From an uncultured Campylobacter sp. (GTDB lineage: Bacteria > Campylobacterota > Campylobacteria > Campylobacterales > Campylobacteraceae): DNA of 64,000 bases. Positions within the stretch are counted from its first letter, which is position 1. Every line of letters starts with the position of its first letter. The position numbers were made by a program, and so were the translations under genes. The notes beneath the pieces were generated by a model that saw only the letters and a list, made by a program, of their open reading frames with translations, was not told the origin of the DNA and did no database searches. Location: assembly GCA_963525605.1 (NCBI GenBank), contig CAURKZ010000004.1:95379-159378 (forward strand), written 5' to 3'. This document shows positions 41,468 to 50,806 of this stretch, in pieces.

Positions 41468-42292
41468 TCAGCCGCCTTTAAACAAATCTTCTCTTACCAG
41501 GCGATCCGCTATTTCTTCGATATTGTTTTTATAAATTTTAAAATCGCTATTGCCGCATGTATCGATTTTTAAATAATAATTCTTTTCGCGCGATTCATTT
41601 TCTATGGTGTTATCATAATATTGTTTCCCTTCAGACAAATCTTTTATGGTATCTCCTTCGTATATCGTAATCGTGGCATATCTAAATTCAAAATTATCAT
41701 ACAATATAAAGCTTTTATCGAAATATAAAATATATTCGCGCAAACCGCCGTATTCTACTATAGGCTCTTCGAAGCCAGCCATTCTATTATTTAAATTTAT
41801 CTTTAGCTTCTCCGCGATATCTACGGGCTTTATTTGAAATTTCTCGACAAAGATATTTCTATATGGCCAAGCGGCTTGATTTTTACGTTTTTCTATATCG
41901 TATTCTTTGGATAGAACCTCCAGCCAATCATCGTTATTAAATTTATCCGTCTCATAAAAGCCTACCTTAACGGCAAATTCTCCATTGCCGTAGTTGCAAG
42001 TCTTGCTGCCGTATACATAGTAGCATTTGTCGGTAACGACGGCTTGAAACAGCATACGTCTATTTAAAAGATCTAAAATTCCGCGCTTAAATCGCTCCTC
42101 TTTGGGTAAAATTCTATCCTCTTTTAGGCAGTATCCTTGCTTATATTTGTTGTAGCCAAAGATAGAAACGACAGCGAAGCCTCGTGAGGTGGAGTAATCG
42201 GGGATGATGCGGATGAATGCGGCGCAGAGTATTGTTATAATAAGCAACGCCCCTGCCAGGGCCTTAAATTTAATAGACTTATAAAATTTCAT
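41468..42292 (-). CDS. signal-anchored hypothetical protein, tandem paralog 2
   Basis: Start placed at the MKFYKSIKF ATG (42292). The sequence upstream of it is identical to that upstream of paralog 1. 274 aa; ends ...FKGG. Confidence 0.6.
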   Translation of the reverse strand: MKFYKSIKFKALAGALLIITILCAAFIRIIPDYSTSRGFAVVSIFGYNKYKQGYCLKEDRILPKEERFKRGILDLLNRRMLFQAVVTDKCYYVYGSKTCNYGNGEFAVKVGFYETDKFNNDDWLEVLSKEYDIEKRKNQAAWPYRNIFVEKFQIKPVDIAEKLKINLNNRMAGFEEPIVEYGGLREYILYFDKSFILYDNFEFRYATITIYEGDTIKDLSEGKQYYDNTIENESREKNYYLKIDTCGNSDFKIYKNNIEEIADRLVREDLFKGG

Positions 42293-42430
42293 ACCGACGC
42301 TCCTTTTAAAATTTAAAATTCCAGCGTAAATTTCCGCGATCTTGCGATTAAATTTAAAACGCTCGCTCGCCGCGCTGCCGCCGCCGCGACGAAACAAACA
42401 AGCGATAGGCGCCTAAATTTAACCTCGCCG

Positions 42431-43249
42431 CTAGCCTTCGCGGTGCAGAATTATATAGCCCAGCTTCGTGCCGTTTTCGTCCGAAAATGCCCTAACGTAA
42501 AAATAATGCCCGTCCTTTTTGATAAAACTCTGCGCCCCAAAATCAAGCGTCGCCAAAATCGATAAAACGTCGTAATCCGGCGCGCTGTTTACGACGATAA
42601 AGTCCTTGATAACGCCTATTTTATCGTAGAAACAGTCGGTCTCAAACCTCTTATCTACGAGGATAAAAATATCGTTTCCCATGCGGTTGATCTGCGCGAT
42701 GACGTGTTCGAAATCGAGCATTATCTCGGTGCTTCCGATAAATTTACCGTCGCTAAAAACGGGCGAAATTCCGCGCATAAAAACCCCGCACCGTCCCATC
42801 TCGACGAGTGCTTTGGGAAGCAGACTATGGCGGATCTGCAAAAGCGAATGGCGAAAGGAGCTCAGATCATCGTTGTAAAATTCGTCGCTCCAGCTTCTGG
42901 CCAGGCTTCTGATGTTTTGCGTGTGAAAATGTATCTTAACGCCCGTGTAAAAGGGCACCGCGCTTAAAATGTCTTTGTATTTTTTCGTCACGTCCATGCA
43001 CTCGCCGTGTTTGCCGCTCTCAAAGCAGCGCACCACGTCGCTGTTCTGCGATAAAATCAGCGAGATCGCAAAGGCGTTTAGCTTCTCTTCGTCCACGATC
43101 TTTTCAAACAAACTCGCGCTGAAATCGAACTGCTGCTTGATTTTTATCTCATTTTCCTCGCTTTTAAAGCGCAGATAAAATGCAAAGGTGGCGCCGCAGC
43201 AAGCAAGTGCGAAAAGGCTTAGGTATTTTTTGGATCGCGCGCCTATCAT
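42431..43249 (-). CDS. membrane-anchored Cache-type periplasmic sensor domain protein without output domain
   Basis: 272 aa. N-terminal TM. GVKIHFHTQNIRSLARSWSDEFYNDDLSSFRHSL resembles the Cache-domain motif seen in Campylobacter chemoreceptor ligand-binding domains. No HAMP, MCP or kinase part. Confidence 0.5.
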   Translation of the reverse strand: MIGARSKKYLSLFALACCGATFAFYLRFKSEENEIKIKQQFDFSASLFEKIVDEEKLNAFAISLILSQNSDVVRCFESGKHGECMDVTKKYKDILSAVPFYTGVKIHFHTQNIRSLARSWSDEFYNDDLSSFRHSLLQIRHSLLPKALVEMGRCGVFMRGISPVFSDGKFIGSTEIMLDFEHVIAQINRMGNDIFILVDKRFETDCFYDKIGVIKDFIVVNSAPDYDVLSILATLDFGAQSFIKKDGHYFYVRAFSDENGTKLGYIILHREG

Positions 43250-43617
43250 CTGAATTCCATCTTTAAATTTGCCGCTAAAACCTCTGCGAATTCGCTAAAT
43301 TCCGGCAGATTTAGCTTGCCGTTTCGCATCTTTTTTCCCCAGACGGACTCTGGAAAAAAGCTGTCGTTTTTAAAGCGCGCTTGGACGTGAAAATGCACGC
43401 GCGGCACGTAGTTGGCAAAGCTTGCGATATTTATTTTATCGGGCGCGTAAAACTCCCGCAGGCTCTTTTCGCACTGAATCACGGCGCGCCACAGATGCGC
43501 CAGCGTCGCCTCGTCGCAGTCGCTAAGCTCTTTAAATTTGGCCTTCGTAAAGACCTTCACCCACGGCACTTCGTGCTCCTCGTGCTCCACGTAAATCATC
43601 TCATCTTCGTAAATCAT
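43246..43617 (-). CDS. HIT-family protein (H-x-H-x-Q variant)
   Basis: ATG at 43617 with an AAGGAG SD. PRVHFHVQARF histidine-triad-like motif. The stop overlaps the start of the Cache gene (ATGA). Confidence 0.7.
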   Translation of the reverse strand: MIYEDEMIYVEHEEHEVPWVKVFTKAKFKELSDCDEATLAHLWRAVIQCEKSLREFYAPDKINIASFANYVPRVHFHVQARFKNDSFFPESVWGKKMRNGKLNLPEFSEFAEVLAANLKMEFR

Positions 43618-43778
43618 CGCTTCTCCTTGAAAACGGAATTTTAATGCAAAGCCCATTAAAGCTCGGTAAATTCCTCTTACATAAATAATATACTAAAATA
43701 CATTAATTAAATATATCTATAAAATCTCGATATATTCGTAATTTTTATGCTATAATTCTATTTTTTAAAGGAATATAT

Positions 43779-44987
43779 ATGAAATCAGTTTGGATAATGA
43801 TCCTATGCGCCGCGGCAATTTTGATGATTACGATGGGCATTCGTATGTCATTAGGCCTTTTCGTGCAGCCCATAATGCAAGCAAAGTCCCTATCCATCGC
43901 ACAAGTAAGCTTTGCGATGGCAACTACGCAGCTGGTATGGGGCTTTTCGCAACCGCTTAGCGGGATACTTGCAGACAAGCTCGGTGCCTACGTCGTGCTG
44001 TTTTGGGGCAGCGTGCTTTTGGCGATTAGCTGCGCTATTGTGCCGTTATTTAGTAGTGAAAGCTCGCTTGTATTAACGATGGGTTTTGGGCTTGCGCTAG
44101 GGCTTGGCGCGGGTAGTTTTCCGATTCTAATGAGCCTAATGGCAAAGCGCCTGCCATTTTCTATCCGCTCGGTTGCCAGCGGAGTGCTAAATGCAGGCGG
44201 CTCATTCGGGCAGTTTTTATTTGCGCCTATGATTGGGTTTTGTATCGCAACGCCCGCTTTAGGATACGGCGGCGCATTTTTTACACTCGCAGGGCTTAGC
44301 TTGCTAATTCTGCCGCTTGCAAGACTTTTGGCAGGCAGTAAAATTCTATCTGGCGAACAAACCAGCCTGCATGAAGAAGATAAGCGCAGCTTAGGCGAAG
44401 TGCTGCGTTTAGCGCTGCGCGATAAAAGCTATATTTTGATAAATTTAAGCTTTGCTACGTGCGGTTTTCACGTAGCGTTTTTAGTGACACATCTGCCTAG
44501 CGAAGTAGCACTAAGCGGGCATGGCGCGCAGGTAGCGTCCTTTTCGCTCGCACTGATTGGCATCGCAAACATCGTAGGCAGCTTATTCGTAGGCTGGTGT
44601 GTTTCCAAAGTGCGCTGTAAAGTCATTTTATTTTGCATATATGCCCTGCGTATCGCTCTTATTGGTGCTTATGTGCTCTCGCCCAAAGATAGCCTTACGT
44701 TTTATATCTTCAGCGTGGGATTAGGATTTACCTGGCTAGCGACCGTACCGCCTACTGCGGCTGCCGTCGGTAAGCTATTAGGGACGCGATATTTGGCAAG
44801 CCTATTTGGATTTACGATGCTTTCGCATCAAATCGGCGGATTTTTTGGCGCATATATCGGAGGTCTTGCGGTGCGAGCATACGGCGCGTATGATTATATG
44901 TGGTATTTGGATATGACGCTAGCGGCTATTGCGGCTCTGCTAAGCCTGCCTGTGCGTGAAGCTAAGATGAAGCACGTGAAATTTTAA
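43779..44987 (+). CDS. MFS transporter
   Basis: 402 aa, 12 TM helices, GILADKLGAY loop motif. Confidence 0.82.
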   Translation: MKSVWIMILCAAAILMITMGIRMSLGLFVQPIMQAKSLSIAQVSFAMATTQLVWGFSQPLSGILADKLGAYVVLFWGSVLLAISCAIVPLFSSESSLVLTMGFGLALGLGAGSFPILMSLMAKRLPFSIRSVASGVLNAGGSFGQFLFAPMIGFCIATPALGYGGAFFTLAGLSLLILPLARLLAGSKILSGEQTSLHEEDKRSLGEVLRLALRDKSYILINLSFATCGFHVAFLVTHLPSEVALSGHGAQVASFSLALIGIANIVGSLFVGWCVSKVRCKVILFCIYALRIALIGAYVLSPKDSLTFYIFSVGLGFTWLATVPPTAAAVGKLLGTRYLASLFGFTMLSHQIGGFFGAYIGGLAVRAYGAYDYMWYLDMTLAAIAALLSLPVREAKMKHVKF

Positions 44988-45224
44988 AAATTTTATGGGA
45001 TTTTGAAATTTACGGACGGAATTTTCGCGAAATTTTGCAAGCTAAATTACGACGAAATTTTGAAATTCTTAAAATTTTAAAATTTATCGGATTTTATGTT
45101 TCGCACGATGAAATTTCACTTTAGCTTTAAAATTCCGTTGCGATAATGCGATAAAATGCAAAATCCGCTTATACTTTCAAATTTAGCCGGGGCGAGATTT
45201 TAAATTTTATAGAATTTTGAAATT

Positions 45225-45833
45225 TTAAAATTTCGGCTCGCGCAGCATTTTAAGGGCCGGCGCGAGAGCGTCTGCAAAGCCCATAAATTTTTCAAATTCC
45301 TCCGCGCTAAGCTCTGCGCTAAACTCCGCTCCTGCGGCACCGAAGCTTGCTTCATAAACAAAACCCGATTTTTTTAAAAAATGTTCAAATTTAGCCACCG
45401 CCGCAAACGGCACGAAAAATATGCACTTCCTACGCAGCACGAATTTCACTAGCTTTGCGGCGTCCGCAGCGGCGTCTATCGCGGCATTTACGCTACTAGC
45501 GTATGCCCGCACCAGCCCGCCGGTGCCTAGCTTGATACCGCCGAAGTAGCGCACCACAAGCACGGCGGTATTAATTAGCTCGGCGCCGCGAAGCGCGTTT
45601 AGGCACGGCGCGCCCGCAGTCGATTTGGGCTCACCGTCGTCGCTTGAGTTTTCTACGATCTGCCCGGGCTCACCCAGCGCGCGATACGCCCAGACAATAT
45701 GGCGCGCCTTGGGATGTTGCTGCCGCAGCCGCACACGCAGCGCCTCAAAGCTCGCTAGCGGCGCTAGATAGGCGATGAAGCTTGATTTTTTAATCTCCTG
45801 CGCGGCGCTGATCTCTTTTTCAATCGTTTTCAA
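45225..45833 (-). CDS. yigZ: YigZ/IMPACT-family (UPF0029) protein
   Basis: ARHIVWAYR, DDGEPKSTAGAPCL, VVRYFGGIKLGTGGLVRAY. Confidence 0.8.
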   Translation of the reverse strand: MKTIEKEISAAQEIKKSSFIAYLAPLASFEALRVRLRQQHPKARHIVWAYRALGEPGQIVENSSDDGEPKSTAGAPCLNALRGAELINTAVLVVRYFGGIKLGTGGLVRAYASSVNAAIDAAADAAKLVKFVLRRKCIFFVPFAAVAKFEHFLKKSGFVYEASFGAAGAEFSAELSAEEFEKFMGFADALAPALKMLREPKF

Positions 45834-45903
45834 GGCTTTCCTTTGCGGAATTTTATCTTTTTTGCATTATAATAAAAGTTCAAAAAAAGATCAAAGGAGC
45901 TTC

Positions 45904-46740
45904 ATGATCCAGACTTGTTTATTCCCCGCGGCGGGCTACGGCACGCGCTTTTTGCCCGCAACCAAATCGCTACCTAAAGAGATGCTTCCGATCCTTACCA
46001 AGCCGCTCATTCATTACGGCGTGGATGAGGCGCTGGAAGCGGGCATGGACAATATGGCGTTCGTCACGGGTCGCGGCAAACGCGCGCTGGAGGATTATTT
46101 CGACCGCAGCTACGAGCTGGAGGATCAAATTTCAGGCAGCAGCAAGGAGTATCTTCTCGATGAGATCAGAGCGCTTATGAAGCGCTGTACCTTCTCTTTT
46201 ACGCGCCAAGAGCAGATGAAGGGGCTCGGCAACGCGATTTATACGGGTAAAATTTTAATCCGCGACGAGCCTTTCGGCGTGGTGCTAGCAGATGATCTGT
46301 GCGTGAACGAAAACGGCGAGGGCGTGCTTGCGCAGATGGTTAAAATTTACGAAAAATACCGCTGCAGCGTCGTTGCGGTGATGGAAGTGCCGCCGCAGGA
46401 CGTAAACAAATACGGCATCATCGCAGGAAAGAGCATCAGCGACGATCTGATAATGGTCTCGGATATGATCGAAAAGCCCGAACCTAGCGAGGCTCCGTCG
46501 AGCTTAGCCATCATCGGGCGCTACATCCTAACGCCTAATATTTTCGATCTCATCGAGCAGACGGCACCCGGTAAAAACGGCGAGGTGCAGATCACCGACG
46601 CGCTTTTAAAGCAGGCTCAAAACGGCGTGGTGATCGCGTATAAATTTAAAGGCACTCGCTTCGACTGCGGCTCGGTAAAAGGCTACGTGGAGGCGATCAA
46701 ATATTTCTACGAGCGAGAATTTGGCGATGGTAAAAAATGA
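45904..46740 (+). CDS. galU: UTP-glucose-1-phosphate uridylyltransferase
   Basis: ATG at 45904 after an AAAGGAG SD. FPAAGYGTRFLPATKSLPKEMLP, VEKP-like IEKPEP, IIGRYILTP. Confidence 0.93.
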   Translation: MIQTCLFPAAGYGTRFLPATKSLPKEMLPILTKPLIHYGVDEALEAGMDNMAFVTGRGKRALEDYFDRSYELEDQISGSSKEYLLDEIRALMKRCTFSFTRQEQMKGLGNAIYTGKILIRDEPFGVVLADDLCVNENGEGVLAQMVKIYEKYRCSVVAVMEVPPQDVNKYGIIAGKSISDDLIMVSDMIEKPEPSEAPSSLAIIGRYILTPNIFDLIEQTAPGKNGEVQITDALLKQAQNGVVIAYKFKGTRFDCGSVKGYVEAIKYFYEREFGDGKK

Positions 46741-47989
46741 GCTGTTTTTCCCGCCGGCAAAAGAGGGCGCGCTAGAAGAGGTAGCGGCAAAGATCCGCGC
46801 CGAATACGAAAGCGGCGAGATAGGCTACTACCGCCTGCCGCAGCAAGGCGCGGACGTAATAGCGCAGGCGCAGGAATTTTTTAGCGCGCGAAGCTACGAC
46901 GGGGTCGTGCTTATAGGTATCGGGGGCTCCAGCGTAGGCGTGCGAGCGCTTTATGAGATGCTGCGTCCGCACGTAAGAAAGAATTTGCGCTTTGAAATTT
47001 TGGATAATCTCGACGGGCACAGCATAAACCGCGCGCTCGAAGGGTTAAATTTCGCTCGCACGATTTTCATAGTATCCTCTAAATCGGGCGGCACGATCGA
47101 GACGATCTCGCTTTTTAAGGTCGTTTTGCAGCGTTTTGGAATTTCAAATTTAAAAGCGCTAGCTAAAAATTTCATCTTTATCACCGATGCAGGCTCGCCG
47201 CTTGATATCTTCGCGCGTGAGCACGGCGCCTGCGTGATAAATATGCCCGCTAACGTAGGCGGCCGTTTTAGCGTGTTAAGTGCGGTAGGGCTAGTGCCCG
47301 CAATTGGGCTAGGCCTTGATGCAAGCGCGATGCTACGCGGAGCTGCCGCCGCAAAAGAGCGGTATCTGGATGAAATTTTAGCAGGCGATCCCGCTAAAAT
47401 CGCAGAGAATAAAATTCTACGAAAAGCCCATCACTACGCCACGCACAAAAGTGCGAAAATCAATGTCCTTTTTAGCTATGGCGACGCGCTGCGCGCATTG
47501 GGCGAGTGGTACGTGCAGCTCTGGGCGGAAAGCCTAGGTAAAAAGATCGGCTTTAGCCGCGAGGGACTTACTCCTGTTGGGCTTGTAGGCTCGCGCGATC
47601 AGCACAGCTTCCTTCAGCTCATAATGGACGGCGTAAAGGATAAGACCGTGACTTTCTTAAAGCTCACGGACAACGGCACTACGGACGCGGTGCCCGGTAT
47701 CAGTCTGCAAGGCCTTGAGGGCTGCGACTTTGTAAACGGCATGCGACTGGGCGAGGTGCTAAATCTTCAGTGCGATGCTACGCTGCAAGCCGTGCTAAAC
47801 GAGGGTATCAGCGTCGATCTTATCGAGGTTTCGCGGCTTTGTGAACAGAGCATGGGCGAGCTATTTTACTACTTCGAGCTGCTAACCAGCGCTACTGGAG
47901 CGATACTGGGCGTCAGCACTTACGATCAGCCGGGTGTCGAGGTAGGCAAGAGAATTTTAAAATCGCTAGTTTTAAAATCGCGAGATTAG
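46727..47989 (+). CDS. pgi: glucose-6-phosphate isomerase
   Basis: IGIGGSSVG, SKSGGTIET, GGRFSVLSAVGL, GSRDQHSFLQL motifs. Start ATG 46727 (TTG 46721 also in frame) overlaps the galU end. Confidence 0.9.
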   Translation: MVKNELFFPPAKEGALEEVAAKIRAEYESGEIGYYRLPQQGADVIAQAQEFFSARSYDGVVLIGIGGSSVGVRALYEMLRPHVRKNLRFEILDNLDGHSINRALEGLNFARTIFIVSSKSGGTIETISLFKVVLQRFGISNLKALAKNFIFITDAGSPLDIFAREHGACVINMPANVGGRFSVLSAVGLVPAIGLGLDASAMLRGAAAAKERYLDEILAGDPAKIAENKILRKAHHYATHKSAKINVLFSYGDALRALGEWYVQLWAESLGKKIGFSREGLTPVGLVGSRDQHSFLQLIMDGVKDKTVTFLKLTDNGTTDAVPGISLQGLEGCDFVNGMRLGEVLNLQCDATLQAVLNEGISVDLIEVSRLCEQSMGELFYYFELLTSATGAILGVSTYDQPGVEVGKRILKSLVLKSRD

Positions 47990-48222
47990 AATTTGCTGCG
48001 CTAGCTAGACGGAATTTCGTCGGTCTAAATTTTACTAAAGTCGGGTTTTGCTCGCGCCCCATTTTACTTAGGCTAAATTTTAGAATTTTAAAATTTACGT
48101 CGCGGAATTTTGATTTTTTGCTACGAGCATTTGAAATTTAGTTGCGAATTTCACAGCAGAATTCCAAGATTGCACCGCGAGGCGTAAAAATTTTGCGACT
48201 TGCAAGCGCACAGGGAGATGAA

Positions 48223-48615
48223 ATGAAAATCACAGAGATCGATCACTTCGTGCTAGTTACGGAGGATCTGCAAAAATGTGTGGAATTTTACGAAGGGATT
48301 TTGGGCTTAGAGCATGTTTGCGAGAGCGGCAAACACAGCCTGCGTTTCGGCTCTTCAAAGATCAATATCCACACCCGCGCGGGCGAGTTTGCGCCGTTTG
48401 CAGTGCGTCCTATCGCGGGCTCGGCGGATTTTTGCCTCATCTGCGAAGATCAAAGCGCACAGCAGCTCAAAACGGAGCTGGAAAGCAAAGGAGTGCAAAT
48501 AGAGCTTGGCGTCGTACCTCGCAACGGCGCACGCGGCGTTATGCAAAGCATCTATCTGCGCGATCCCGACGGCAATCTCGTAGAGCTCGGCGTATATGAA
48601 AGCGGCGATGATTAG
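48223..48615 (+). CDS. VOC-family (glyoxalase/bleomycin-resistance fold) protein
   Basis: ATG at 48223 after a GGGAG SD. IDHFVLVTEDLQKCVEFYEGILGL and RDPDGNLVEL. Confidence 0.8.
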   Translation: MKITEIDHFVLVTEDLQKCVEFYEGILGLEHVCESGKHSLRFGSSKINIHTRAGEFAPFAVRPIAGSADFCLICEDQSAQQLKTELESKGVQIELGVVPRNGARGVMQSIYLRDPDGNLVELGVYESGDD

Positions 48616-48778
48616 CGTGTAAATTTTAAAGACAAAATTTCAAGCAGAGCGTTAGAATTTAAAAATTTTTTAAATTCTATCTTTCATTAAAGATCAATAT
48701 TCTACGGATTAAATTATTTATCCCTCGACATGCCAATTATGTGCCGTTTATATATTTTTTAGACCTTATCTTTTGTTT

Positions 48779-49495
48779 TTAGAATTTCATAAATTTGTTC
48801 ATTTTATTCACTATTATTTTTGCGATATCATAAGGCGGTTTCCAAAATAAATATCCCTCTGTAATATCTATATTTAGCGTATCCAAGAAATATTTTTGCA
48901 GCTCATCAAACTCCTTTTTACTATTGATCGTAAATAGTTCGGAATCGGAGCCATTGCATATCAGTAATTTATCACAAAGCAAGAACCTAGCGGTTTTCTC
49001 AAACAGAATATAGTAGAGAAATTTAATAATAGGCATAAGCGACAAGCCCATAATTATAAAAATAAACATATAAAATTTAAAGTTGTATAATGCCACGACG
49101 ATCATTATAAATAAAACTAAAACAGAAAATTTAATTTTCACATCAAATGGCGCGAAATTGGGAATCATATAAGCATATCTGTAAACGGAGATATTTTTTA
49201 ACGCCATCTCTTTTTCGCATTTTGTTTTATTTTTAAATTCTATTTTGTCCTTCATAAAGGTTATCGTTTTTTTGCTATTTATAAAGCTCGCTGCGTATAT
49301 AAAGAAAAATGCGGTACCATAACTTAGTAATATTTTCATATAAAACCTAAATTTATACTCGCCGCCAAAATTCTGTATCAAAGAACAAATTAACAAAATT
49401 CCAAGAGCTATCAGCCAAAACAGATCGTCTAGCTTTTTTATAACTATCGGATCTTTGTCGTAATCTCTGGCTTTTTGTTTATTATAATTTTCCAT
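48779..49495 (-). CDS. polymorphic membrane-protein family, short member (starts at the conserved junction box)
   Basis: 238 aa, AT-rich, own SD (AGAGGGG). MENYNKQKARDYDKDPIVIKK then 4 TM helices. C-terminal KEFDELQKYFLD matches the tails of the two long paralogs. Confidence 0.55.
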   Translation of the reverse strand: MENYNKQKARDYDKDPIVIKKLDDLFWLIALGILLICSLIQNFGGEYKFRFYMKILLSYGTAFFFIYAASFINSKKTITFMKDKIEFKNKTKCEKEMALKNISVYRYAYMIPNFAPFDVKIKFSVLVLFIMIVVALYNFKFYMFIFIIMGLSLMPIIKFLYYILFEKTARFLLCDKLLICNGSDSELFTINSKKEFDELQKYFLDTLNIDITEGYLFWKPPYDIAKIIVNKMNKFMKF

Positions 49496-49617
49496 TATTT
49501 CAAGCCCCTCTTTAAAAATAGATATAAATTTGTAATAGCTTAATTGACAAAAGACTTTTATATACGTTGCCTGACTCTTTCTTCGCGACCTTTTCTCTTC
49601 TCATTTTATCCTTCTCG

Positions 49618-50706
49618 TTAGATAAACAAGTAATCTTTCTTAACGTTATTTATATTTACGCTTTTCCGTAAAAAATATTCTCTAATTTCATCATAAATTT
49701 TTTGATTATAGACGTAAACGAGATAATATCTTGGATAAACGGGTTTGTTCCTAAACCATCTGCCATACGAGGGGCGTGCGATCCTAATAAACGGCAGAGC
49801 CTTAAACCCTTTTAAATTCATATTTATAAACAGATAAAGTATAAAATTTAATAAAAACCCGAATAAATATGTAAAGAATATCGCTATAAAAAATATATTC
49901 CACCATGTTACGCACATAAAAATAGCGATAAAGTACAAAAATATCTTTTCAGATTTTCCTATCTCATATGAACTTGCCAAAATTCCGATAGAGAAATTTA
50001 AAGATAAAGCGTTTTCGTCAATTTCGCAGCGTTTTTCAACCAATCCGTCGCTAATGAATTCTATATAATTGTTTGCAAATTTTATCTCTTGTCTAGGGCG
50101 GATTATGGTAAATACGGATATTATAACCATAGATAGTAAAATAATAAATAAAATAGCAAAATACTGGACCATGTCAATATCTTCATGATTTATAAAATCT
50201 ATAATTAAAAATGCATGTAGCGTAGAAGTCGGCAATAATAGGACTAAAAACGAATATACAAAAAATTTTTCATAATTTTTGATTGCTATCGGATCTTTGT
50301 CATAATCTCTAGCCTTGGAATTTTGCTGCAAAGAGCCGCTGTCATTTGAGATAAAATTTTGCGGCTCCATGCTGTTTTTACAGGCAGAATTCTGATCCGC
50401 TTCGGTTTCTAATTCGGCTTTTAAATTTAAAGCGTCAAGATCGGAATTTATGGTTTCAGAATTTGAAGCTTCGAAATTTGAAAATTTATAATTCAAGAAT
50501 TTAGAATTTGAGACTTCGGAATTCGGGGATTCAAAATTCAGGAATTCAGAATTCGAAGCTTCAAAATTTGAGGCTTCGGAATTTATGGTTTCAGAATTCG
50601 GGGCTTTAAAATTTTCGCCGTTAGAATTTTGTTCCAAGCCCCGCTTCGGCTCTTGATGTCGCTTTTGTAGTGGCTTTTTTAATTCATCTAGCCTGCTTTG
50701 ATCCAT
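49618..50706 (-). CDS. polymorphic membrane-protein family, long member A
   Basis: 362 aa. Conserved N-terminus MDQSRLDELKKPLQKRHQEPKR, pentapeptide N-S/F-E/K repeats, junction QQNSKARDYDKDPIAIK, then 4 TM helices and tail IYDEIREYFLRK. Confidence 0.6.
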   Translation of the reverse strand: MDQSRLDELKKPLQKRHQEPKRGLEQNSNGENFKAPNSETINSEASNFEASNSEFLNFESPNSEVSNSKFLNYKFSNFEASNSETINSDLDALNLKAELETEADQNSACKNSMEPQNFISNDSGSLQQNSKARDYDKDPIAIKNYEKFFVYSFLVLLLPTSTLHAFLIIDFINHEDIDMVQYFAILFIILLSMVIISVFTIIRPRQEIKFANNYIEFISDGLVEKRCEIDENALSLNFSIGILASSYEIGKSEKIFLYFIAIFMCVTWWNIFFIAIFFTYLFGFLLNFILYLFINMNLKGFKALPFIRIARPSYGRWFRNKPVYPRYYLVYVYNQKIYDEIREYFLRKSVNINNVKKDYLFI

Positions 50707-50806
50707 TTGCCGCCTTTAAATTTGATGGATGCGCCATTTTATACCCCCACTACTTAAAGCTCAGTAAATTTTACCACTCGCCCGCTGCGCGCCGTTTGAT
50801 CAAAAT

